A DNA stretch of 62,924 nt from Cirrosporium novae-zelandiae (Eukaryota). Each line of letters starts with the position of its first letter. The first letter of the stretch is position 1. The notes under the pieces are model-generated. The model had not been told where the DNA came from and did not search any database. It saw only the letters and a program-made list of their open reading frames with translations. Below are positions 21,001 to 32,317 of the stretch, piece by piece. Made by a program: the position numbers and the translations under genes. The stretch lies in contig JAPETS010000074.1 of NCBI GenBank assembly GCA_026023565.1, forward strand, positions 1 to 62,924, written 5' to 3'.

Positions 21001-22827
21001 TTATTTTCGCCGCCGTTTTTTGTCGATCGAGACGGGTGGGTTCAATTTAGTATAATAGTGACCTGCCAAGGATCCACGAGTTCGTCTCGGAAACGAACCT
21101 TCGATCCGCTTCCAAGACATATTCTTTTCCTCCCTCAGATGGATGAGTAAGTTATCCTCTTCTTCTGTGAACAGGGTTCGCTGCTTCCGGTTTGGCGAAG
21201 TCCGGTTAGATTTTTTGGAGACAGCGACGCCATTTGCCGATTTTGCAGATATCTCCAATTCTGATCTAGAACGAGTCGACTGGAAGGGACTGGTTATTGA
21301 ATGAGGCTGATCAAAACAGTCAAGACTGAATTCAAGATTATAGATTATCTCTGGCCCAATCCTTGTACCCTTGAGGATTCCATGAACCGGCCATTCCTGA
21401 CATCCGACACTACTAGTCGACGTTGTTTCATCCGCGTTAGAAGAGAAATTGACAGAAGGCTTTGGTGAACAGTGATAATGTCCGGATCCTAGGGATTTGT
21501 GATGGTGGTACTCAGATAGTAGAGCGTCACCATCGATTCGCCGACGAACTGGTGGGGTCGTCAAAAAATGACGATCGGATCGGAGACGCTGCTGAAAGAA
21601 ATCTGTTGGGTTTGAATTATTTTGGCCAGGAAGACACAGCCTTCGTCGTTTCATAATTGTCGTATCAATAGGATTCTCATTGCTCTCACTACTGCCATCA
21701 CTGCTATCACTGCTATCACTCTTATCATTGTAGACACTGCCATCATTGTTGCCATTGTAGTTACTGCCGTCACTGCTACCACTGTAGTCACTACTGTCAC
21801 CGCTGCTACTGTTGCTATCATTATCATGCTTGTCATCATTAGCATCTTTCATTTTCAGGTCATTCGAAGGGCCCATGGAGGTATCACAACTCTGTTCATC
21901 TGATTCATCGGACCGGAGTGGATAAGAGCTTTCTGTATCTTTCTCATCTTGTGGTAATTTATGACATTCAAGCGGAATAGAGAGCTCGTAAAATGTATCA
22001 GGAACAGATTTTTCCAGTTCCTTAAATGAGGGTGGACCTTTTTCAACGTCACAGTAAAGACCACCGTCATCAGTCAGAGATATCGAGGCTATCGGATCAG
22101 AGCCAGTTTCCAGACCACTTAAAGAAGCATTTTGACTTTCATCCATACTATCGATATTGAATGCAATAGAGCTGGACTTGGGCTTGGGTCGAACACCATC
22201 AGATTCGTCGTAGTTAAGTAGATTCGGTTGAGCTACATACATTAGATTAGAAGTGTCAATACGTAAAACCAGATGGGTGTGTCTACCTTCGTTGTGGTCC
22301 AATTTCGTTTGACGGGAATCAAGTATGGAGGTATCTCCGATGAGCGTTAATTGATTGCAGGGCTTGGACATATATCCAGGGCTCAAATTTGCTTTGGTTG
22401 AGTTTTCTTCCCACTTTGTGGAAGACAGGAGTTCCTCAATGGAGGAAAGACTTTCAATATTGAAGCCTTGGTCATTCTTGTCATCGCTGTTCTGGTGATT
22501 TTGGTTGGTTTTTGTTAGTCCTACTACACCAGTCAGTTCAGAAACAATGATCTTTATAATCAACACCTGCATCATACCTAAATTTCCAGCTTGGTCGTCT
22601 ATAGTAACCTCAGAGTTTGGAGCCGGAAGAGCAAAGTTATCGATTTTCTCGCAAGGCCCCTGGACCGTATTCAACTGGTTTCGATGCTGGGTTTCTAACA
22701 GCTTTTGACCTGTACCATCGACGGAGAAAGAATTATCGCAGGGTGGGCAAACACTATTATTCTGGGAAACTGAACATATCCGAGAAGGTTGGTAGAAATG
22801 GATTGAATTCATATCAATATAAGCCAT
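21001..22827 (-). CDS. Myb/SANT-domain protein with long disordered acidic N-terminus
   Basis: C-terminal RTLFTEEEDNLLIHLREEKNMSWKRIEGSFPRRTRGSLAGHYYTKL (Myb helix-turn-helix), a QEWPVHGILKGTRIG..YNLEFSL box and a basic NLS-like tail KKRRRK. The 608-aa ORF probably includes short in-frame introns near 22230-22285 and 22520-22570. Confidence 0.85.
   Translation of the reverse strand: MAYIDMNSIHFYQPSRICSVSQNNSVCPPCDNSFSVDGTGQKLLETQHRNQLNTVQGPCEKIDNFALPAPNSEVTIDDQAGNLGMMQVLIIKIIVSELTGVVGLTKTNQNHQNSDDKNDQGFNIESLSSIEELLSSTKWEENSTKANLSPGYMSKPCNQLTLIGDTSILDSRQTKLDHNEGRHTHLVLRIDTSNLMYVAQPNLLNYDESDGVRPKPKSSSIAFNIDSMDESQNASLSGLETGSDPIASISLTDDGGLYCDVEKGPPSFKELEKSVPDTFYELSIPLECHKLPQDEKDTESSYPLRSDESDEQSCDTSMGPSNDLKMKDANDDKHDNDSNSSSGDSSDYSGSSDGSNYNGNNDGSVYNDKSDSSDSSDGSSESNENPIDTTIMKRRRLCLPGQNNSNPTDFFQQRLRSDRHFLTTPPVRRRIDGDALLSEYHHHKSLGSGHYHCSPKPSVNFSSNADETTSTSSVGCQEWPVHGILKGTRIGPEIIYNLEFSLDCFDQPHSITSPFQSTRSRSELEISAKSANGVAVSKKSNRTSPNRKQRTLFTEEEDNLLIHLREEKNMSWKRIEGSFPRRTRGSLAGHYYTKLNPPVSIDKKRRRK
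21685..21840. repeat. Degenerate 9-bp coding minisatellite (ACTGCYATC-like) encoding an S/D/G/N tract
   Basis: actgccatc actgctatc actgctatc... inside the Myb ORF. Confidence 0.7.
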
Positions 22828-23155
22828 AATGGGAAATGATTGGAGATGAACGATTTAGCAAAAATTGCAGTTACTAAAGACTCATTCCAATGCAGGAATA
22901 TACAGAGCTTTATAGAAGCCGGGAAAGAGCCTTCTGCAAACCGTGAGGGGTTTTGCCTGATATTATCCACCTCTTTTTGCCGTTTATCCTATTGAAACTA
23001 TGAACCTGTGAGTAATAAAATCCAGACAAGAACCTTGGACCACATTATTATGAACAAGTATCCACCTGAATGTATGTCAGCCCTGGCAAAAAAAAACCGG
23101 GCGTTTCCCAGTTTTGCCCAAAGAGGAAAATGAAATGAACGTAATGAGTATAAAC

Positions 23156-24020
23156 ATACAGCCAGATGTGAAATCTATCCCTTCATTAGGATCTAAATCC
23201 AGTACCAACTCTCCTGACAATTCTCGTGATACGGCAGCCGTGCGAACCCTATCCTTGTGTTATCATTATTCCCGTTCGAGCTGGTGATATGTACCTTTTC
23301 AGAAGTGCTTCACCTCATTCAGCCTGACCCACTCAACCACCTGTGTCCATGGTCCCACAGTGATTCATTTTCGATTTCATTCAGCTGCGCCATCATCCAT
23401 TGTCAAATACTAGATTTGGTTAGACATGCATCACACGATAAACAGGATGGCGTGGTTACTCACAAGATTATTGATCCAAAGACCTATATCCCACTTCACT
23501 ACCATATCGGATCGTTGTTCTGGCGATGAAGGAGTTCCCCGATTCAACTTACCTTGCAAGTAACCATATAGCCCTCCCAACCCTTGTGCTATAGTAATTT
23601 CCAAAACTCTTTGCCACACGCTAAGGACCTATACAGAGTCATTAAGTTACTGCTAATTCCCTATTTGTGCCGCAGGAAGGCATAGAATGCAGCGATAATC
23701 TTGTAATAAGCCCTCAATCTTCTTTTCATAGTATCTCCTTCCACTCACTACCTTGCCACAGAATGTTACAAGGCTGTTACTGCCATATATTATTTGCCAC
23801 ACAGCGATGCGTACACCCGTGTTGCGTGCAACAAAGAAGCCTCGTCATTAGCTATATTGCGTCTCCACACCAAACAAAATGAGGCAAACATTGTCCTGTC
23901 GGAATTTTCCTATTTGTTGCAGCCTATACTGGAGTCCCACCTCGGCGATATCGAACACGTTATTCTCGCAGATCCTAGCTTTATCGCCACTGTTAATTCT
24001 CAGGCTAATCTTCTGAAGTA
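23156..24020 (-). pseudogene. Spliced gene relic with multiple nonsense codons
   Basis: Exon 23628-23464, intron 23463-23410 (GTGAGT..CTAAC..CTAG), then YLTMDDGAAE*NRK*ITVGPWTQVVEWVRLNEVKHF*KGTYHQLERE***HKDRVR. Outer limits approximate. Confidence 0.5.
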
Positions 24021-24469
24021 ACAGTATAATCAGGATTGCACCGAACAAAGATAAGACAAAGGAAAGGTATAAACGAAATAAAGGAAAAGGAAATAGACAG
24101 TATATCGTAAATAACTGTGATAGATGTAATAAATACGATAGTATCGTAAAATAAAACAAAGTTTTCATCAAAAAATATTAGTATTATATTAAAGGCAGGA
24201 AGTAAGAGTAATACCTATAACGATGAAACATGAATTGAATTAATCGGTGGTTCTATGGAAAGTAAGAAAAAGGGAAAGAGGCGTGAAAAAACAAAGAAAA
24301 GGATAAACAACAATGAAAAGAAAACAAATAAAACGAGCGAGAGACGAAAAGGTTTGAAGTTTTATAGTTATGAAAACGGCGAGGGGGAATGCCAAGACAC
24401 TATACCTAAAATGGAACGAAATTGCTAATTTAAGTAATTCACAGGTACGTAAATTACGGTAAAAATAAA

Positions 24470-25406
24470 TAAAATATAAAAATAGATTTTCTAAATATAC
24501 GATATACGCGGAAATATACGAAACGCAAAATTACCGGCATCGGATAATAGAATATAAATTTGCGAATACGGATATTTATATATATATTCTACTGAAATAT
24601 ATAAATTATTTAGGTTTTTATATAATTATTAATAGAAAATATTCAGCGGCCCGAAAAACAAAAATAAAATATATAAAAAAAAAAACTGAAAAAACGTTAT
24701 ATAATTATTTTTTATATTTATTTTTTTAAAAAAAAAATTAAATTTATAAAATTTTAATTAAAAATTAAAAATCCCTAAATCAACCCCGAAAAAAAAAAAA
24801 AAATGTAAATAATATCCGAAATATTAATAATACCGAGAATACCGATAATATACGTATTATAAATAAATAACGATATATCCGAATTTTAAATAAAAATATT
24901 ATAATATAATTATTATAAAAAATACGATATAATATTTATAATTCTAAAATTAATTATATAAATTAAAAAAAATATAATATTATAATAAAAATTAAATCAA
25001 AAATTAAAAAAAAAAATTTATATTAAATAGAATTTTTATTGATCCGAATTAAAAATTTAAACGGAATATAAAAATATAAAAACGATTATTATAATATATA
25101 AAAATTAAAAAAATATTTTATTTAAAATAATCGTAAAAATCGATTTAATTAATTATTTTTATTTTATAGCGAAAAATATTAATATAATTAATATAAACGA
25201 AAAAATAAAAAACTTAATTAAAATAATTAATATATACGATTAAAAATTAATAAATATATATTTTTAAAAATAAAACTGATAATAAAAATTTAAAAAGATT
25301 TTATAAAATATAAAATAAAAATAAAATAATATTAATAAAAACTTTTAACGTTTATAATCTAATATAAAAATCCGAATAAATTATTTATATAAATAATACG
25401 TTTTTA
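24470..25406 (+). mobile_element. RIP-degraded LINE fragment (end of ORF1 / start of ORF2)
   Basis: Colinear with ~39975-40935 of copy D. Confidence 0.75.
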
Positions 25407-28400
25407 ATGATGATAATGATTATTCATTGTTTTATATCCATATATCGCTTAGAAGTTATAACGGACTCTATTCGGGGGTTTTTAGGCTTTTTCATATCTT
25501 TTTTCGGGCTTATTTTTAATTACGGTGGTAGGGGTTACTTCTCTGGTTCGGCTATATAATTTCCCCCCCTTTTTTTGGTTTCCTAGAATTATCTGATTTA
25601 TTTAACCGGATAATTTTTTAGCGCTATTTCGCTATTCGTAATCTATAAATAGGCCTATTCGTATTTATTTTCGATTTTTTTAATTTTTATTCACGTATAC
25701 GTTTATCCCACGTATTTATTACGGGTCTAGTTTTTATTTAATATTTACGTCTGGATTTTCTTTTTTCCCGTGTCCGGGTTTTATTTATCTTTAATCCAAA
25801 TATATTTTACGATTTTTATTTTCGTATTTAGCCTGGGATTGGGGTTTTTTTATTTCCGTATTATTTAAAAAACGTATTTAATTTTTAAAAAATTTTCGGT
25901 TTTTTAATACGAATATTAGTTTTTTTTTTCGATTATATTAAATTATTAATTTTTTTATTTTTTTATTATTTTTTATAATCGGGTTTTAATCGTTTTTTAA
26001 CGCGGGTATATTAATTTTAAATAAAAAATATTTTAATATAAAATTCTATATTATTAATATTCTGGAATAATAATAATTTTCGTATAATATATATATTTTT
26101 CGGTAACGGTATATTTTATTTTTATTTAATAAAATTTATTTATTAATTTTTTAAATATATATTTTAATATCCGATTTTTTTTATATTTTAAATATATTCG
26201 ATATAATTTATCGAACGATTTTTTTATTTTTTAATTATATAATTAATTATATATTTTTATAATTCGTTTTTTTATTATATTACGAATTATATAAATTAAC
26301 GAAATTTATTTAATTATTTTATTATTTTTTAACGTTATATTTATTTTAATTATTTAATTTATTATTTCGTTTTTAAATATTTTATAATATTTTAGAATTT
26401 ATTTAATAATAATTTTCGTTTTTTAATTAATTAAATATTTAATATATTCGTATATTTTTTATATAATTATTTAATTTTTTTTTAATTTTTGTTTTTCGAT
26501 TTATTTAATAGTCGTTTACGAATTAAATAATATTATTATTTTTTTTTTAAAAATTTTATAATTATTTAAATATATTTTAATCGTTATTTATAAAATCGTT
26601 TATATTTTTTAAAATTTTATATCGAATATCTTTTTATTTTAATTTAAATAATATTTTTATATTATTTATAAAAATTTTTTAATTATTTCTATTTTTATTT
26701 TACGGTTTTTTAATTTAGATTTATTCGATTAATATACGTTTTTTTAATTTTATATTAATATTTCGTTAAAAATCTATTATTTTAAAAATATTATTATTTT
26801 TTTTAAAAATTTTTTTTTTCGATTATTTAGATTTTTTTCGATTTTAAAATTTAGATTTATTATTTTTTAAATTATTATTATAATTAAATATTAATTTAAT
26901 ATATTTTTTTTAATTTTTTAAATTTATTAAAAATTTTTTAATAATTATTTTTTTAATTAAATATTTATATTTTTTATTTTAAATATTATTAATAATATTA
27001 AATTCGTTAAATTTTTTTCGATTTTTTAAAAATACCGAAATTTATATTTTTTTTATATAATATTTAATATTATATTTATAAAATATATATAAATTTTTTA
27101 TATAATCGTTATTATGAAAATTATTTTATAAATCCCCGTTATTAATTTAATAAATTTATTTAATAATTTTTGAAATTTTATTTAATAATTAATTTATTTT
27201 TTTATTAAATTTTATATTCGTATATATAAATTAATATTATAATCGTTACGATTATTTAATGTATAAATCCTATAAATAGCCCGTTTCAGTAATATATATA
27301 TTTAATTACGTTTTCCGTATATCAGATTTTAATTAATCAGTAAATATAATAAATCTAGAAATTAAATTTCGAATCTAATTATATATTTAATTACCGTATA
27401 TAATTTCTTTTATATTTAATTAAATAATTATCGATTTTAATTTTCAGTTTAATATTTATTTAAATTTAATATTTATATAATTTAAAAAAAATTATAATTT
27501 TAGTTTTTTAAACGTCGAATTTTAATCTATTCTTTTTTTTATTAAATCTCCGTTTTTATTATTTATTAAATAATTTTCCGGGTTTATTTATTATTTATAT
27601 TAATAGTCGAAACACTTACGTCGTCTACGAATAATAGGATTTTGATTTTAAGAATCGTCTGTTTTACGGCTGCGAATAGCCCGCTGTAATATATTAGGAA
27701 TAATATTAGGGATACGGGTGATTTTTACGGTATCCCCGTTTCTATATTGATTCGGGGTTGTATTTCTCCGTCGATTATTAATTCGATATTTCGTTAAATT
27801 ATAAAACTGATTATTTATTTAATAATATTTTTATTAATTTTTAATTATTTTAAATATTATATTAATTTAAATTATAATATATAATTAAACGTTTTTTTAA
27901 TATTTATAAATAAAATATAAATTATTTATTTTTAATTAAATTTTTTTTTATTCGATATATTAAATACGTAAATATATCGATTACGTTTCGATTATATTTC
28001 GATTTAAATTAAATTTTATATAATTTATTTACATTTTTATATATATTTATTAATATATTAATTATAATTTTTTCGATTATTTTATTTAAATAATATAATA
28101 AATTTATTATTTTATAATTTTTAATTAATATTTTATCGGTTTTTCCGGATTTAAATAATAATATTTCTCGAATATATTTTTATTACGTCGGATAATATTT
28201 TAATTAAAAATAATATCGAATTATTTCTATTATTTTATCGGGATTCTATTATTATAATATACAGAGCGCCCTAAATTAGATTCCGTCGTATTTTAAAATT
28301 TTATTCGTATTTTATACGTATAATATTTTCCGTATTATTTTTTTAAATAATTATTAAACGAATATTTTTTTTATTAAAAATCGGGATTCGGAATTTTTTA

Positions 28401-31400
28401 AAAATAACGGAAATATTTATTGCTGTATAAAAATTTTTTTATTTTTAATTTCTACCGTTATTCTTCCGTTTTTTATACGGACCGCCGGCGTCGGATTTCG
28501 GTTTTAAAATTTATAATATTTTAATATTTTTTATTTTTATTAAATATTTTCGGGATTTAAAAATTTATTTAAATCGTTTTTTTTTATATATATTTAAAAA
28601 AAATCGATTTGTTTTTTTTTTTTTTAATTTTAATTAATTTTATAAATTTTTTAAATATTATTTTAATTTTTTTATAAATTCGGCGTTTTTATTTCGTTTT
28701 TTTAAATATTATATAATATTCGTATTTTTTAATAATATATTCGGGATTTTATTAAATTTTCGATTAAACGTATATCCGTTTAAATTTTATATATTTATTT
28801 AAAATAATTTTTAATTAAATAATAATTTTTTATATTTTATTTTTTAATTACGATTCCGTATAATTTATAATTAACGTATTTTTCGTAATTAATCAGAATT
28901 TTTATTTTTATATAATTTTAATTTATTATTAAAGATTTTCCAACGATTTTAAATTTTACGAATTTAGAATTAATTAATTTATTTTTAGATTTTAATTTTT
29001 TTATTCGAATTAAATAAAAATATAATTTAAATTAATTTTTAATTTATTATTTATATTATCGATTATTACGTTTATTAATTATTTTTAAAACGATTTTATA
29101 ATAAAATTAATTATTATTAAATTAATTATTAAGTAATAAATCGATTTTTTTTCAAATTAAATATTTTAAATAATATTATTTTATATAATTAAATTTTATT
29201 TTTCTATAAATATTATTAACAATACGTTATTTACGTAAATAATCCGTTCGGGTTTCTATATTAAATTATAAATATTAAAATTTTTTATTAATATTATTTT
29301 ATTATTATTAAAAATAAATTTTTATTTTATATTTTATAAGATTTTTTTAAATTTTTATTATTAATTTTATTTTTAAAAATATATATTTTTTAATTTTTAA
29401 TCGTAAACGTTAATTATTTTAATTAAATTTTTTATTTTTTCGTTTATTTTTATTTTATTAATATCTAGTGTTACGAAATAAAAATAATTAATTAAATCGG
29501 TTTTTACGATTATTTTAAATACGATATTTTTTCGGTTTTTATATATAATAATAACCGTTTTTACGATTTTATTCCTTATTTAGATTTTTAATTCTGATTA
29601 ATAAAAATTTTATATTAAATATAATATTTTTTTTTTTAATTTTTAATTAGATTTTTATAATAATATTATATTTATTTTAATTTATATAATCGATTTTAAA
29701 ATTATAATTATTATATTATATTTTTTATAATAATTATATTATAATATTTTTATTTATAATTTAAATATATCGTTAATTATTTATAATACGGGTATTACCG
29801 GTATTTTCGGTATTATTAATATTTCGGATATTATTTACGTTTTTTTTTTATTTTCTTTTAGATTTTTAATTTCAGAATTTTTAATTTTTAATTAAAATTC
29901 TACAAATTTTTTTTTTTTTAAAAAAAATAAATACGTAAAACGATTATATAATATTATTTCGGCGTTTTTTTTTTATATATTTTATTTTTATTTTTCGGGT
30001 AATTAAATATTTTCCGTCTATAATTATATAAAGGTTTAGATAGTTTATATATTTTAATAAAATCTATATATAAACCCCCGTATACGCGGATTTATATTTT
30101 ATTATCGATAACGGTGATTTTATATTTCGTATATTTCCGCGTATATAATATATTTAAAGATTTTATTTTTATATTTTAAAAATAATTTATATTTTAATTA
30201 AACGTATTTTAGATACGTTTTATTTATTTTTAATATAAATTATCGGATATATTGAAATTTATATTTTATTAAATAATAATTTTCGATTTTTTATTTTTTA
30301 TATATTATAAACGGGAGTTTTATTTTAATCGAAATAATATATTTTTTTAATATAAATCCGGTTCGTATTTATTTTTAATAATATTTTTTTAATATTATTT
30401 ATACGATTATTATATTTCGGAATAATTAATAAATTTTTTTTAAATTTCTTTTTATTAAATTTAATTTATTTAGATTTCCGAATATTTTCAAAAATATTTT
30501 TTATATTTTTATTTAATATAAAATTTTTAATAAATATATATTTATTATCGTATTATTTATTTTTATTATAATTTTTAAATTTTTTTATTTATATTTAAAT
30601 ATTAATATATTTATATTAGTTTTTTTATTAAATATAATTTTTAGATTATTTTTTTTATTAATATAGATTTCCCGTATCTGTCAAGGTTAGGGCTCTGATA
30701 GTGTAGGTAGCGATGCGGATAGGTAGTGTATCTATATCGTGATAGTATTGTGATAATAATACTCTGAATAATACAAGACTGAAAGCTGGCTTTTCCCAGT
30801 TTTCCTTTTATCTTTTATATAAGTCTTTCTGTTTGACGTCTTTCCTTTTTCGGTAACCGTAGCGCCACTTCCCCGCTTCCGTCCCGCTTTCGGTCCCCAG
30901 ACGTAGCAACCCCTTCCAGTACTCCACTTCCCCTCCTTTATGAGAGAACCCCTTTTTAGTATTCTACTTCTTTTCCTTTGTCACAGTATCCGTAATTTAA
31001 ATAATACGTTTAAATTAATTAATTTGGCGTTAATCGCCGTTATTATTAATATCGTAGAACCTAAATATTCGGTTTTTTTTTTATTAAAAATCAGTATTTT
31101 CTGATTTTTAGTTTTTATATTTTTATTTACGGAATTAGTACGTTTTTTTTTACGGGATTTAATTATTTATTATTTTTTATTAGATTTATTTATTATTTTA
31201 TTAATTATTTTAATATAAATAAATCCCGTAAATTCTAGCGTTATTTTTATAAAAATTTATTTCCGGGTTTTCGGTATTAACGATAGAATCTTTTATTTAA
31301 TTATTTTTACCGTTTATCAAAGATTTTTTTAAATTTTTTTATTTATTTATATTGTTATTTATATATTAAATATTTATAATCCGATTATTATATTTATTCG

Positions 31401-32008
31401 GGATATTATTAAAAAAAATATTAATTTTTTTTTTTTATTATTCGTTCGGACTTAATTATTAAAATTATATAATTTTTATTCATAAAATTTTCCGTTTCGT
31501 TATATATTGTTTCTGCAATTTTTATTTAAATTTATAATATTTAAATTATTATTATAATTATTTTTTTAATTATTAAAAATTTTTATTTAATTATATATTA
31601 TTTTTTTTAATTTTTTTTTTAAATTTTTATAATTTTATTATTTCGTTTTTTTAAAACAATTATTCGGGTTTTTAAATCGAAAAATATTTTCCGTAATTAT
31701 ATCGTAAAATCGTTTATTTTTAAAATCTAATATATTTTTTTTCTGATTATAAAAAATATATATATTATTATATATTTAATTATTTATTCGATTAAAATAT
31801 TTTAATTCGTTCGATTCGTTTTTTAAATAATATCGTTTTTTCGTATTTATTTGATTTTTATTAACGGTATATATTTTTTTAATTTCTAATATTTTTTTAC
31901 TGCTGCTAGATTTTATAGATTTTAAATAAACGTTAATTATTTCGTATAACGGTCGTCATAATAGTGAATTGATTTGGTGGCGCGGGGTCACCAAAAAGCG
32001 TTTTTTTT
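25407..32008 (-). mobile_element. Near full-length RIP-degraded Tad-like LINE (copy A) containing a solo LTR
   Basis: Reverse-complement 5' end (..GGTGGCGCGGGGTCACCAAAAAGCG, ~31975-32000), RT GxPxxSPVS island at ~27610-27790, and 3' (ATC)n-type tail at 25407-25430. Confidence 0.85.
30679..30985. mobile_element. Solo LTR (307 bp), little or no RIP
   Basis: TGTCA...TGTCACA ends (TG..CA) with a 5-bp TSD GTATC at 30674-30678 and 30986-30990; interrupts LINE copy A. Confidence 0.9.
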
Positions 32009-32317
32009 GGAGAATTTAATTTAAAACGTTACTTATATTATAATAATAAAATCCCGATAAAATAATAAAAATAATCAGATATTATTTTTCTAATTAAAAT
32101 ATTATCCGACGTAATAAAAATATATTTAGGGAATATCATTATTTCAATTTAAAAAAACCGATAAAATATTAATTAAAAATTTTAAAATAATCGAAAAAAT
32201 CATAATTAACGCGTTAACGAATATATACAACAATCTAAATAAATTATATAAAAGTTAATTCGGATCGAAACGTAATCGGAACGTAATCGATACGATCACG
32301 TATTTAATATATCCAAT

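Larger units (their letters stand above)
17625..23085. mobile_element. Candidate non-autonomous cargo-carrying hAT element (5461 bp)
   Basis: Left end CAGTGAAGGGAATA matches the MITE TIR over 14 bp, followed by CAGACCG. Right end reads CAGGGCTGACATACATTCAG on the minus strand. 8-bp direct repeat GCAAAAAA at 17617-17624 and 23086-23093. Confidence 0.5.

Noticed and set aside
21462..22070. Overlapping A/T/V/I-rich and M-rich ORFs
   Set aside because: Shadow frames of the 9-bp minisatellite in the Myb gene.
24454..24465. TTAC-N7-A, a Starship-type target motif at the GC/AT boundary
   Set aside because: Too common in AT-rich DNA and may belong to the LINE itself; untestable without the other end or an empty site.
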